From: Auanema rhodensis
Taxonomy: Eukaryota; Animalia; Nematoda
DNA length: 64,000 nucleotides
Direction of reading: 5' to 3'
Assembly: GCA_964057225.1 (NCBI GenBank)
Contig: OZ059896.1
Location: 682,001 to 746,000 of the forward strand
In this document: in pieces, positions 26,941-41,949 of the stretch
How the letters are laid out: the number at the start of each line of letters is the position of its first letter
Numbering within the stretch: the stretch's first letter is position 1
The notes under the pieces: model-generated
Database searches by the model: none
Seen by the model: only the letters and a program-made list of their open reading frames with translations
Told to the model about the DNA's origin: nothing
Position numbers and translations under genes: made by a program

Positions 26941-29900
26941 ACATGGGGAATCTAATTTTGAAAACCGCATCTCTTTATCTTTCACGTGAAGCGAGTTACA
27001 TACCAAGTGCACATCACGTGTACATTTAATTAGCATAAATTAAAGTTCACGTAAATTTCAAAGTCATGGTTACCATGAACCAATATCAATAAAATATTGT
27101 TTTTAGACTAATATGGACATGGGGAATCTAACTTTGAAAACCGCATCTCTTTATCTTTCACGTGAAGCGAGTTACATACCAAGTGCACATCACGTGTACA
27201 TTTAATTAGCATAAATTAAAGTTCACGTAAATTTCAAAGTCATGGTTACCATGAACCAATATCAATAAAATATTGTTTTTAGACTAATATGGACATGGGG
27301 AATCTAACTTTGAAAACCGCATCTCTTTATCTTTCACGTGAAGCGAGTTACATACCAAGTGCACATCACGTGTACATTTAATTAACATAAATTAAAGTTC
27401 ACGTAAATTTCAAAGTCATGGTTACCATGCACCAATATCAATAAACATTTGTTTTTAGACTAATATGGACATGGGGAATCTACTTTTGAAAACCGCATCT
27501 CTTTATCTTTCACGTGAAGCGAGTTACATACCAAGTGCACATGACGTGTACATTTAATTAGCATAAATTAAAGTTCACGTAAATTTCAAAGTCATGGTTA
27601 CCATGAACCAATATCAATGAAAATTTGTTTGTAGACTAATATGGACATGGGGAATCTAATTTTGAAAACCGCATCTCTTTATCTTTCACGTGAAGCGAGT
27701 TACATACCAAGTGCACATCACGTGTACATATAATTAGCATAAATTAAAGTTCACGTAAATTTCAAAGTCATGGTTACCATGAACCAATATCAATAAAAAT
27801 TTGTTTTTAGACTAATATGGACATGGGGAATCTAATTTTGAAAACCGCATCTCTTTATCTTTCACGTGAAGCGAGTTACATACCAAGTGCACATCACGTG
27901 TACATTTAATTAGCATAAATTAAAGTTCACGTAAATTTCAAAGTCATGGTTACCATGAACCAATATCAATAAAAATTTGTTTTTAGACTAATATGGACAT
28001 GGGAAATCTAATTTTGAAAACCGCATCTCTTTATCTTTCACGTGAAGCGAGTTACATACCAAGTGCACATCACGTGTACATATAATTAGCATAAATTAAA
28101 GTTCACGTAAATTTCAAAGTCATGGTTACCATGAACCAATATCAATAAAAATTTGTTTTTAGACTAACATGTACATGGGGAATCTAATTTTGAAAACCGC
28201 ATCTCTTTATCTTTCACGTGAAGCGAGTTACATACCAAGTGCACATCACGTGTACATTTAATTAGCATAAATAAAAGTTCACGTAAATTTCAAAGTCATG
28301 GTTACCATGAACCAATATCAATAAAAATTTGTTTTTAGACTAACATGTACATGGGGAATCTAATTTTGAAAACCGCATCTCTTTATCTTTCACGTGAAGC
28401 GAGTTACATACCAAGTGCACATCACGTGTACATTTAATTAGCATAAATTAAAGTTCACGTAAATTTCAAAGTCATGGTTACCATGAACCAATATCAATAA
28501 AAATTTGTTTTTAGACTAATATGGACATGGGGAATCTAACTTTGAAAACCGCATCTCTTTATCTTTCACGTGAAGCGAGTTACATACCAAGTGCACATCA
28601 CGTGTACATTTAATTAGCATAAATTAAAGTTCACGTAAATTTCAAAGTCATGGGTACCATGAACCAATATCAATAAAAATTTGTTTTTAGACTAATATGG
28701 ACATGGGGAATCTAATTTTGAAAACCGCATCTCTTTATCTTTCACGCGAAGCGAGTTACATACCAAGTGCACATCACGTGTACATTTAATTAGCATAAAT
28801 TAAAGTTCACGTAAATTTCAAAGTCATGGTTACCATGAACCAATATCAATAAAAATTTGTTTTTAGACTAATATGGACATGGGGAATCTAACTTTGAAAA
28901 CCGCATCTCTTTATCATTCACGTGAAGCGAGTTACATACCAAGTGCACATCACGTGTACATTTAATTAGCATAAATTAAAGTTCACGTAAATTTCAAAGT
29001 CATGGTTACCATGCACCAATTTCAATAAACATTTGTTTTTAGACTAATATGGACATGGGGAATCTACTTTTGAAAACCGCATCTCTTTATCTTTCACGTG
29101 AAGCGAGTTACATACCAAGTGCACATGACGTGTACATTTAATTAGCATAAATTAAAGTTCACGTAAATTTCAAAGTCATGGTTACCATGAACCAATATCA
29201 ATGAAAATTTGTTTGTAGACTAATATGGACATGGGGAATCTAATTTTGAAAACCGCATCTCTTTATCTTTCACGTGAAGCGAGTTACATACCAAGTGCAC
29301 ATCACGTGTACATATAATTAGCATAAATTAAAGTTCACGTAAATTTCAAAGTCATGGTTACCATGAACCAATATCAATAAAAATTTGTTTTTAGACTAAT
29401 ATGGACATGGGGAATCTAATTTTGAAAACCGCATCTCTTTATCTTTCACGTGAAGCGAGTTACATACCAAGTGCACATCACGTGTACATTTAATTAGCAT
29501 AAATTAAAGTTCACGTAAATTTCAAAGTCATGGTTACCATGAACCAATATCAATAAAAATTTGTTTTTAGACTAATATGGACATGGGAAATCTAATTTTG
29601 AAAACCGCATCTCTTTATCTTTCACGTGAAGCGAGTTACATACCAAGTGCACGTCACGTGTACATATAATTAGCATAAATTAAAGTTCACGTAAATTTCA
29701 AAGTCATGGTTACCATGAACCAATATCAATAAAAATTTGTTTTTAGACTAATATGGACATGGGGAATCTAATTTTGAAAACCGCATCTCTTTATCTTTCA
29801 CGTGAAGCGAGTTACATACCAAGTGCACATCACGTGTACATTTAATTAGCATAAATTAAAGTTCACGTAAATTTCAAAGTCATGGTTACCATGAACCAAT

Positions 29901-32900
29901 ATCAATAAAAATTTGTTTTTAGACTAATATGGACATGGGGAATCTAATTTTGAAAACCGCATCTCTTTATCTTTCACGTGAAGCGAGTTACATACCAAGT
30001 GCACATCACGTGTACATTTAATTAGCATAAATTAAAGTTCACGTAAATTTCAAAGTCATGGTTACCATGCACCAATATCAATAAAAATTTGTTTTTAGAC
30101 TAATATGGACATGGGGAATCTAATTTTGAAAACCGCATCTCTTTATCTTTCACGTGAAGCGAGTTACATACCAAGTGCACATCACGTGTACATTTAATTA
30201 GCATAAATTAAAGTTCACGTAAATTTCAAAGTCATGGTTACCATGCACCAATATCAATAAAAATTTGTTTTTAGACTAATATGGACATGGGAAATCTAAT
30301 TTTGAAAACCGCATCTCTTTATCTTTCACGTGAAGCGAGTTACATACCAAGTGCACATCACGTGTACATTTAATTAGCATAAATTGAAGTTCACGTAAAT
30401 TTCAAAGTCATGGTTACCATGAACCAATATCAATAAAAATTTGTTTTTAGACTAATATGGACATGGGAAATCTAATTTTGAAAACCGCATCTCTTTATCT
30501 TTTACGTGAAGCGAGTTACATACCAAGTGCACATCACGTGTACATTTAATTAGCATAAATTAAAGTTCACGTAAATTTCAAAGTCATGGTTACCATGCAC
30601 CAATATCAATAAAAATTTGTTTTTAGACTAATATGGACATGGGGAATCTAATTTTGAAAACCGCATCTCTTTATCTTTCACGTGAAGCGAGTTACATACC
30701 AAGTGCACACCACGTGTACATTTAATTAGCATAAATTAAAGTTCACGTAAATTTCAAAGTCATGGTTACCATGAACCAATATCAATAAAAATTTGTTTTT
30801 AGACTAATATGGACATGGGGAATCTAATTTTGAAAACCGCATCTCTTTATCTTTCACGTGAAACGAGTTACATACCAAGTGCACATCACGTGTACATTTA
30901 ATTAGCATAAATTAAAGTTCACGTAAATTTCAAAGTCATGGTTACCATGAACCAATATCAATAAAAATTTGTAATTAGACTAATATGGACATGGGGAATC
31001 TAATTTTGAAAACCGCATCTCTTTATCTTTCACGTGAAGCGAGTTACATACCAAGTGCACATCACGTGTACATTTAATTAGCATAAATTAAAGTTCACGT
31101 AAATTTCAAAGTCATGGTTACCATGAACCAATATCAATAAAAATTTGTTTTTAGACTAATATGGACATGGGAAATCTAATTTTGAAAACCGCATCTCTTT
31201 ATCTTTCACGTGAAGCGAGTTACATACCAAGTGCACACCACGTATACATTTAATTAGCATAAATTAAAGTTCACGTAAATTTCAAAGTCATGGTTACCAT
31301 GAACCAATATCAATAAAAATTTGTTTTTAGACTAATATGGACATGGGGAATCTAATTTTGAAAACCGCATCTCTTTATCTTTCACGTGAAGCGAGTTACA
31401 TACCAAGTGCACATCACGTGTACATTTAATTAGCATAAATTAAAGTTCACGTAAATTTCAAAGTCATGGTTACCATGAACCAATATCAATAAAAATTTGT
31501 TTTTAGACTAATATGGACATGGGGAATCTAATTTTGAAAACCGCATCTCTTTATCTTTCACGTGAAGCGAGTTACATACCAAGTGCACATCACGTGTACA
31601 TTTAATTAGCATAAATTAAAGTTCACGTAAATTTCAAAGTCATGGTGACCATGAACCAATATCAATAAAAATTTGTTTTTAGACTAATATAGACATGGGG
31701 AATCTAATTTTGAAAACCGCATCTCTTTATCTTTCACGTGAAACGAGTTACATACCAAGTGCACATCACGTGTACATTTAATTAGCATAAATTAAAGTTC
31801 ACGTAAATTTCAAAGTCATGGTTACCATGAACCAATATCAATAAAAATTTGTAATTAGACTAATATGGACATGGGGAATCTAATTTTGAAAACCGCATCT
31901 CTTTATCTTTCACGTGAAGCGAGTTACATACCAAGTGCACATCACGTGTACATTTAATTAGCATAAATTAAAGTTCACGTAAATTTCAAAGTCATGGTTA
32001 CCATGAACCAATATCAATAAAAATTTGTTTTTAGACTAATATGGACATGGGAAATCTAATTTTGGAAACCGCATCTCTTTATCTTTCACGTGAAGCGAGT
32101 TACATACCAAGTGCACATCACGTGTACATTTAATTAGCATAAATTAAAGTTCACGTAAATTTCAAAGTCATGGTTACCATGAACCAATATCAATAAAAAT
32201 TTGTTTTTAGACTAATATGGACATGGGGAATCTAATTTTGAAAACCGCATCTCTTTATCTTTCACGTGAAGCGAGTTACATACCAAGTGCACATCACGTG
32301 TACATTTAATTAGCATAAATTAAAGTTCACGTAAATTTCAAAGTCATGGTTACCATGAACCAATATCAATAAAAATTTGTTTTTAGACTAATATGGACAT
32401 GGGGAATCTAATTTTGAAAACCGCATCTCTTTATCTTTCACGTGAAGCGAGTTACATACCAAGTGCACATCACGTGTACATTTAATTAGCATAAATTAAA
32501 GTTCACGTAAATTTCAAAGTCATGGTGACCATGAACCAATATCAATAAAAATTTGTTTTTAGACTAATATAGACATGGGGAATCTAATTTTGAAAACCGC
32601 ATCTCTTTATCTTTCACGTGAAACGAGTTACATACCAAGTGCACATCACGTGTACATTTAATTAGCATAAATTAAAGTTCACGTAAATTTCAAAGTCATG
32701 GTTACCATGAACCAATATCAATAAAAATTTGTAATTAGACTAATATGGACATGGGGAATCTAATTTTGAAAACCGCATCTCTTTATCTTTCACGTGAAGC
32801 GAGTTACATACCAAGTGCACATCACGTGTACATTTAATTAGCATAAATTAAAGTTCACGTAAATTTCAAAGTCATGGTTACCATGAACCAATATCAATAA

Positions 32901-35900
32901 AAATTTGTTTTTAGACTAATATGGACATGGGAAATCTAATTTTGGAAACCGCATCTCTTTATCTTTCACGTGAAGCGAGTTACATACCAAGTGCACATCA
33001 CGTGTACATTTAATTAGCATAAATTAAAGTTCACGTAAATTTCAAAGTCATGGTTACCATGAACCAATATCAATAAAAATTTGTTTTTAGACTAATATGG
33101 ACATGGGAAATCTAATTTTGAAAACCGCATCTCTTTATCTTTTACGTGAAGCGAGTTACATACCAAGTGCACATCACGTGTACATTTAATTAGCATAAAT
33201 TAAAGTTCACGTAAATTTCAAAGTCATGGTTACCATGCACCAATATCAATCAAAATTTGTTTTTAGACTAATATGGACATGGGGAATCTAATTTTGAAAA
33301 CCGCATCTCTTTATCTTTCACGTGAAGCGAGTTACATACCAAGTGCACATCACGTGTACATTTAATTAGCATAAATTAAAGTTCACGTAAATTTCAAAGT
33401 CATGGTTACCATGAACCAATATCAATAAAATATTGTTTTTAGACTAATATGGACATGGGGAATCTAACTTTGAAAACCGCATCTCTTTATCTTTCACGTG
33501 AAGCGAGTTACATACCAAGTGCACATCACGTGTACATTTAATTAGCATAAATTAAAGTTCACGTAAATTTCAAAGTCATGGTTACCATGAACCAATATCA
33601 ATAAAATATTGTTTTTAGACTAATATGGACATGGGGAATCTAACTTTGAAAACCGCATCTCTTTATCTTTCACGTGAAGCGAGTTACATACCAAGTGCAC
33701 ATCACGTGTACATTTAATTAACATAAATTAAAGTTCACGTAAATTTCAAAGTCATGGTTACCATGCACCAATATCAATAAACATTTGTTTTTAGACTAAT
33801 ATGGACATGGGGAATCTACTTTTGAAAACCGCATCTCTTTATCTTTCACGTGAAGCGAGTTACATACCAAGTGCACATGACGTGTACATTTAATTAGCAT
33901 AAATTAAAGTTCACGTAAATTTCAAAGTCATGGTTACCATGAACCAATATCAATGAAAATTTGTTTGTAGACTAATATGGACATGGGGAATCTAATTTTG
34001 AAAACCGCATCTCTTTATCTTTCACGTGAAGCGAGTTACATACCAAGTGCACATCACGTGTACATATAATTAGCATAAATTAAAGTTCACGTAAATTTCA
34101 AAGTCATGGTTACCATGAACCAATATCAATAAAAATTTGTTTTTAGACTAATATGGACATGGGGAATCTAATTTTGAAAACCGCATCTCTTTATCTTTCA
34201 CGTGAAGCGAGTTACATACCAAGTGCACATCACGTGTACATTTAATTAGCATAAATTAAAGTTCACGTAAATTTCAAAGTCATGGTTACCATGAACCAAT
34301 ATCAATAAAAATTTGTTTTTAGACTAATATGGACATGGGAAATCTAATTTTGAAAACCGCATCTCTTTATCTTTCACGTGAAGCGAGTTACATACCAAGT
34401 GCACATCACGTGTACATATAATTAGCATAAATTAAAGTTCACGTAAATTTCAAAGTCATGGTTACCATGAACCAATATCAATAAAAATTTGTTTTTAGAC
34501 TAACATGTACATGGGGAATCTAATTTTGAAAACCGCATCTCTTTATCTTTCACGTGAAGCGAGTTACATACCAAGTGCACATCACGTGTACATTTAATTA
34601 GCATAAATAAAAGTTCACGTAAATTTCAAAGTCATGGTTACCATGAACCAATATCAATAAAAATTTGTTTTTAGACTAACATGTACATGGGGAATCTAAT
34701 TTTGAAAACCGCATCTCTTTATCTTTCACGTGAAGCGAGTTACATACCAAGTGCACATCACGTGTACATTTAATTAGCATAAATTAAAGTTCACGTAAAT
34801 TTCAAAGTCATGGTTACCATGAACCAATATCAATAAAAATTTGTTTTTAGACTAATATGGACATGGGGAATCTAACTTTGAAAACCGCATCTCTTTATCT
34901 TTCACGTGAAGCGAGTTACATACCAAGTGCACATCACGTGTACATTTAATTAGCATAAATTAAAGTTCACGTAAATTTCAAAGTCATGGGTACCATGAAC
35001 CAATATCAATAAAAATTTGTTTTTAGACTAATATGGACATGGGGAATCTAATTTTGAAAACCGCATCTCTTTATCTTTCACGCGAAGCGAGTTACATACC
35101 AAGTGCACATCACGTGTACATTTAATTAGCATAAATTAAAGTTCACGTAAATTTCAAAGTCATGGTTACCATGAACCAATATCAATAAAAATTTGTTTTT
35201 AGACTAATATGGACATGGGGAATCTAACTTTGAAAACCGCATCTCTTTATCATTCACGTGAAGCGAGTTACATACCAAGTGCACATCACGTGTACATTTA
35301 ATTAGCATAAATTAAAGTTCACGTAAATTTCAAAGTCATGGTTACCATGCACCAATTTCAATAAACATTTGTTTTTAGACTAATATGGACATGGGGAATC
35401 TACTTTTGAAAACCGCATCTCTTTATCTTTCACGTGAAGCGAGTTACATACCAAGTGCACATGACGTGTACATTTAATTAGCATAAATTAAAGTTCACGT
35501 AAATTTCAAAGTCATGGTTACCATGAACCAATATCAATGAAAATTTGTTTGTAGACTAATATGGACATGGGGAATCTAATTTTGAAAACCGCATCTCTTT
35601 ATCTTTCACGTGAAGCGAGTTACATACCAAGTGCACATCACGTGTACATATAATTAGCATAAATTAAAGTTCACGTAAATTTCAAAGTCATGGTTACCAT
35701 GAACCAATATCAATAAAAATTTGTTTTTAGACTAATATGGACATGGGGAATCTAATTTTGAAAACCGCATCTCTTTATCTTTCACGTGAAGCGAGTTACA
35801 TACCAAGTGCACATCACGTGTACATTTAATTAGCATAAATTAAAGTTCACGTAAATTTCAAAGTCATGGTTACCATGAACCAATATCAATAAAAATTTGT

Positions 35901-38900
35901 TTTTAGACTAATATGGACATGGGAAATCTAATTTTGAAAACCGCATCTCTTTATCTTTCACGTGAAGCGAGTTACATACCAAGTGCACGTCACGTGTACA
36001 TATAATTAGCATAAATTAAAGTTCACGTAAATTTCAAAGTCATGGTTACCATGAACCAATATCAATAAAAATTTGTTTTTAGACTAATATGGACATGGGG
36101 AATCTAATTTTGAAAACCGCATCTCTTTATCTTTCACGTGAAGCGAGTTACATACCAAGTGCACATCACGTGTACATTTAATTAGCATAAATTAAAGTTC
36201 ACGTAAATTTCAAAGTCATGGTTACCATGAACCAATATCAATAAAAATTTGTTTTTAGACTAATATGGACATGGGGAATCTAATTTTGAAAACCGCATCT
36301 CTTTATCTTTCACGTGAAGCGAGTTACATACCAAGTGCACATCACGTGTACATTTAATTAGCATAAATTAAAGTTCACGTAAATTTCAAAGTCATGGTTA
36401 CCATGCACCAATATCAATAAAAATTTGTTTTTAGACTAATATGGACATGGGGAATCTAATTTTGAAAACCGCATCTCTTTATCTTTCACGTGAAGCGAGT
36501 TACATACCAAGTGCACATCACGTGTACATTTAATTAGCATAAATTAAAGTTCACGTAAATTTCAAAGTCATGGTTACCATGCACCAATATCAATAAAAAT
36601 TTGTTTTTAGACTAATATGGACATGGGAAATCTAATTTTGAAAACCGCATCTCTTTATCTTTCACGTGAAGCGAGTTACATACCAAGTGCACATCACGTG
36701 TACATTTAATTAGCATAAATTGAAGTTCACGTAAATTTCAAAGTCATGGTTACCATGAACCAATATCAATAAAAATTTGTTTTTAGACTAATATGGACAT
36801 GGGAAATCTAATTTTGAAAACCGCATCTCTTTATCTTTTACGTGAAGCGAGTTACATACCAAGTGCACATCACGTGTACATTTAATTAGCATAAATTAAA
36901 GTTCACGTAAATTTCAAAGTCATGGTTACCATGCACCAATATCAATAAAAATTTGTTTTTAGACTAATATGGACATGGGGAATCTAATTTTGAAAACCGC
37001 ATCTCTTTATCTTTCACGTGAAGCGAGTTACATACCAAGTGCACACCACGTGTACATTTAATTAGCATAAATTAAAGTTCACGTAAATTTCAAAGTCATG
37101 GTTACCATGAACCAATATCAATAAAAATTTGTTTTTAGACTAATATGGACATGGGGAATCTAATTTTGAAAACCGCATCTCTTTATCTTTCACGTGAAAC
37201 GAGTTACATACCAAGTGCACATCACGTGTACATTTAATTAGCATAAATTAAAGTTCACGTAAATTTCAAAGTCATGGTTACCATGAACCAATATCAATAA
37301 AAATTTGTAATTAGACTAATATGGACATGGGGAATCTAATTTTGAAAACCGCATCTCTTTATCTTTCACGTGAAGCGAGTTACATACCAAGTGCACATCA
37401 CGTGTACATTTAATTAGCATAAATTAAAGTTCACGTAAATTTCAAAGTCATGGTTACCATGAACCAATATCAATAAAAATTTGTTTTTAGACTAATATGG
37501 ACATGGGAAATCTAATTTTGAAAACCGCATCTCTTTATCTTTCACGTGAAGCGAGTTACATACCAAGTGCACACCACGTATACATTTAATTAGCATAAAT
37601 TAAAGTTCACGTAAATTTCAAAGTCATGGTTACCATGAACCAATATCAATAAAAATTTGTTTTTAGACTAATATGGACATGGGGAATCTAATTTTGAAAA
37701 CCGCATCTCTTTATCTTTCACGTGAAGCGAGTTACATACCAAGTGCACATCACGTGTACATTTAATTAGCATAAATTAAAGTTCACGTAAATTTCAAAGT
37801 CATGGTTACCATGAACCAATATCAATAAAAATTTGTTTTTAGACTAATATGGACATGGGGAATCTAATTTTGAAAACCGCATCTCTTTATCTTTCACGTG
37901 AAGCGAGTTACATACCAAGTGCACATCACGTGTACATTTAATTAGCATAAATTAAAGTTCACGTAAATTTCAAAGTCATGGTGACCATGAACCAATATCA
38001 ATAAAAATTTGTTTTTAGACTAATATAGACATGGGGAATCTAATTTTGAAAACCGCATCTCTTTATCTTTCACGTGAAACGAGTTACATACCAAGTGCAC
38101 ATCACGTGTACATTTAATTAGCATAAATTAAAGTTCACGTAAATTTCAAAGTCATGGTTACCATGAACCAATATCAATAAAAATTTGTAATTAGACTAAT
38201 ATGGACATGGGGAATCTAATTTTGAAAACCGCATCTCTTTATCTTTCACGTGAAGCGAGTTACATACCAAGTGCACATCACGTGTACATTTAATTAGCAT
38301 AAATTAAAGTTCACGTAAATTTCAAAGTCATGGTTACCATGAACCAATATCAATAAAAATTTGTTTTTAGACTAATATGGACATGGGAAATCTAATTTTG
38401 GAAACCGCATCTCTTTATCTTTCACGTGAAGCGAGTTACATACCAAGTGCACATCACGTGTACATTTAATTAGCATAAATTAAAGTTCACGTAAATTTCA
38501 AAGTCATGGTTACCATGAACCAATATCAATAAAAATTTGTTTTTAGACTAATATGGACATGGGGAATCTAATTTTGAAAACCGCATCTCTTTATCTTTCA
38601 CGTGAAGCGAGTTACATACCAAGTGCACATCACGTGTACATTTAATTAGCATAAATTAAAGTTCACGTAAATTTCAAAGTCATGGTTACCATGAACCAAT
38701 ATCAATAAAAATTTGTTTTTAGACTAATATGGACATGGGGAATCTAATTTTGAAAACCGCATCTCTTTATCTTTCACGTGAAGCGAGTTACATACCAAGT
38801 GCACATCACGTGTACATTTAATTAGCATAAATTAAAGTTCACGTAAATTTCAAAGTCATGGTGACCATGAACCAATATCAATAAAAATTTGTTTTTAGAC

Positions 38901-39744
38901 TAATATAGACATGGGGAATCTAATTTTGAAAACCGCATCTCTTTATCTTTCACGTGAAACGAGTTACATACCAAGTGCACATCACGTGTACATTTAATTA
39001 GCATAAATTAAAGTTCACGTAAATTTCAAAGTCATGGTTACCATGAACCAATATCAATAAAAATTTGTAATTAGACTAATATGGACATGGGGAATCTAAT
39101 TTTGAAAACCGCATCTCTTTATCTTTCACGTGAAGCGAGTTACATACCAAGTGCACATCACGTGTACATTTAATTAGCATAAATTAAAGTTCACGTAAAT
39201 TTCAAAGTCATGGTTACCATGAACCAATATCAATAAAAATTTGTTTTTAGACTAATATGGACATGGGAAATCTAATTTTGGAAACCGCATCTCTTTATCT
39301 TTCACGTGAAGCGAGTTACATACCAAGTGCACATCACGTGTACATTTAATTAGCATAAATTAAAGTTCACGTAAATTTCAAAGTCATGGTTACCATGAAC
39401 CAATATCAATAAAAATTTGTTTTTAGACTAATATGGACATGGGAAATCTAATTTTGAAAACCGCATCTCTTTATCTTTTACGTGAAGCGAGTTACATACC
39501 AAGTGCACATCACGTGTACATTTAATTAGCATAAATTAAAGTTCACGTAAATTTCAAAGTCATGGTTACCATGCACCAATATCAATCAAAATTTGTTTTT
39601 AGACTAATATGGACATGGGGAATCTAATTTTGAAAACCGCATCTCTTTATCTTTCACGTGAAGCGAGTTACATACCAAGTGCACATCACGTGTACATTTA
39701 ATTAGCATAAATTAAAGTTCACGTAAATTTCAAAGTCATGGTTA
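26941..39744 (+). repeat. Apparently exact tandem duplication of 36 monomers (period 6336 bp)
   Basis: Private markers pair at +6336: AAATATTG (~27091/33427), ATTAACAT (~27381/33717), CACGCGAA (~28743/35079), CCAATTTC (~29016/35352), CACGTCACG (~29650/35986), AATTGAAG (~30382/36718), CACCACGTATAC (~31236/37572). Confidence 0.93.
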
Positions 39745-41949
39745 TCATGAACCAATATCAATAAAAATTTGTTTTTAGACTAATATGGACATGGGAAATC
39801 TAATTTTGAAAACCGCATCTCTTTATCTTTTACGTGAAGCGAGTTACATACCAAGTGCACATCACGTGTACATTTAATTAGCATAAATTAAAATTCACGT
39901 AAATTTCAAAGTCATGGTTACCATGAACCAATATCAATAAAAATTTGTTTTTAGACTAATATGGACATGGGAAATCTAATTTTGAAAACCGCATCTCTTT
40001 ATCTTTCACGTGAAGCGAGTTACATACCAAGTGCACATCACGTGTACATATAATTAGCATAAATTAAAGTTCACGTAAATTTCAAAGTCATGGTTACCAT
40101 GAACCAATATCAATAAAAATTTGTTTTTAGACTAATATGGACATGGGGAATCTAATTTTGAAAACCGCATCTCTTTATCTTTCACGTGAAGCGAGTTACA
40201 TACCAAGTGCACATCACGTGTACATTTAATTAGCATAAATTAAAATTCACGTAAATTTCAAAGTCATGGTTACCATGAACCAATATCAATAAAAATTTGT
40301 TTTTAGACTAATATGGACATGGGGAATCTAACTTTGAAAACCGCATCTCTTTATCTTTCACGTGAAGCGAGTTACATACCAAGTGCACATCACGTGTACA
40401 TTTAATTAGCATAAATTAAAGTTCACGTAAATTTCAAAGTCATGGGTACCATAAACCAATATCAATAAAAATTTGTTTTTAGACTAATATGGACATGGGG
40501 AATCTAATTTTGAAAACCGCATCTCTTTATCTTTCACGTGAAGCGAGTTACATACCAAGTGCACATCACGTGTACATTTAATTAGCATAAATTAAAGTTC
40601 ACGTAAATTTCAAAGTCATGGTTACCATGAACCAATATCAATAAAAATTTGTTTTTAGACTAATATGGACATGGGGAATCTAATTTTGAAAACCGCATCT
40701 CTTTATCATTCACGTGAAGCGAGTTACATACCAAGTGCACATCACGTGTACATTTAATTAGCATAAATTAAAGTTCACGTAAATTTCAAAGTCATGGTTA
40801 CCATGCACCAATATCAATAAACATTTGTTTTTAGACTAATATGGACATGGGGAATCTACTTTTGAAAACCGCATCTCTTTATCTTTCACGTGAAGCGAGT
40901 TACATACCAAGTGCACATGACGTGTACATTTAATTAGCATAAATTAAAGTTCACGTAAATTTCAAAGTCATGGTTACCATGAACCAATATCAATGAAAAT
41001 TTGTTTGTAGACTAATATGGACATGGGGAATCTAATTTTGAAAACCGCATCTCTTTATCTTTCACGTGAAGCGAGTTACATACCAAGTGCACATCACGTG
41101 TACATTTAATTAGCATAAATTAAAGTTCACGTAAATTTCAAAGTCATGGGTACCATAAACCAATATCAATAAAAATTTGTTTTTAGACTAATATGGACAT
41201 GGGGAATCTAATTTTGAAAACCGCATCTCTTTATCTTTCACGTGAAGCGAGTTACATACCAAGTGCACATCACGTGTACATTTAATTAGCATAAATTAAA
41301 GTTCACGTAAATTTCAAAGTCATGGTTACCATGAACCAATATCAATAAAAATTTGTTTTTAGACTAATATGGACATGGGGAATCTAATTTTGAAAACCGC
41401 ATCTCTTTATCATTCACGTGAAGCGAGTTACATACCAAGTGCACATCACGTGTACATTTAATTAGCATAAATTAAAGTTCACGTAAATTTCAAAGTCATG
41501 GTTACCATGCACCAATATCAATAAACATTTGTTTTTAGACTAATATGGACATGGGGAATCTACTTTTGAAAACCGCATCTCTTTATCTTTCACGTGAAGC
41601 GAGTTACATACCAAGTGCACATGACGTGTACATTTAATTAGCATAAATTAAAGTTCACGTAAATTTCAAAGTCATGGTTACCATGAACCAATATCAATGA
41701 AAATTTGTTTGTAGACTAATATGGACATGGGGAATCTAATTTTGAAAACCGCATCTCTTTATCTTTCACGTGAAGCGAGTTACATACCAAGTGCACATCA
41801 CGTGTACATATAATTAGCATAAATTAAAGTTCACGTAAATTTCAAAGTCATGGTTACCATGAACCAATATCAATAAAAATTTGTTTTTAGACTAATATGG
41901 ACATGGGGAATCTAATTTTGAAAACCGCATCTCTTTATCTTTCACGTGA

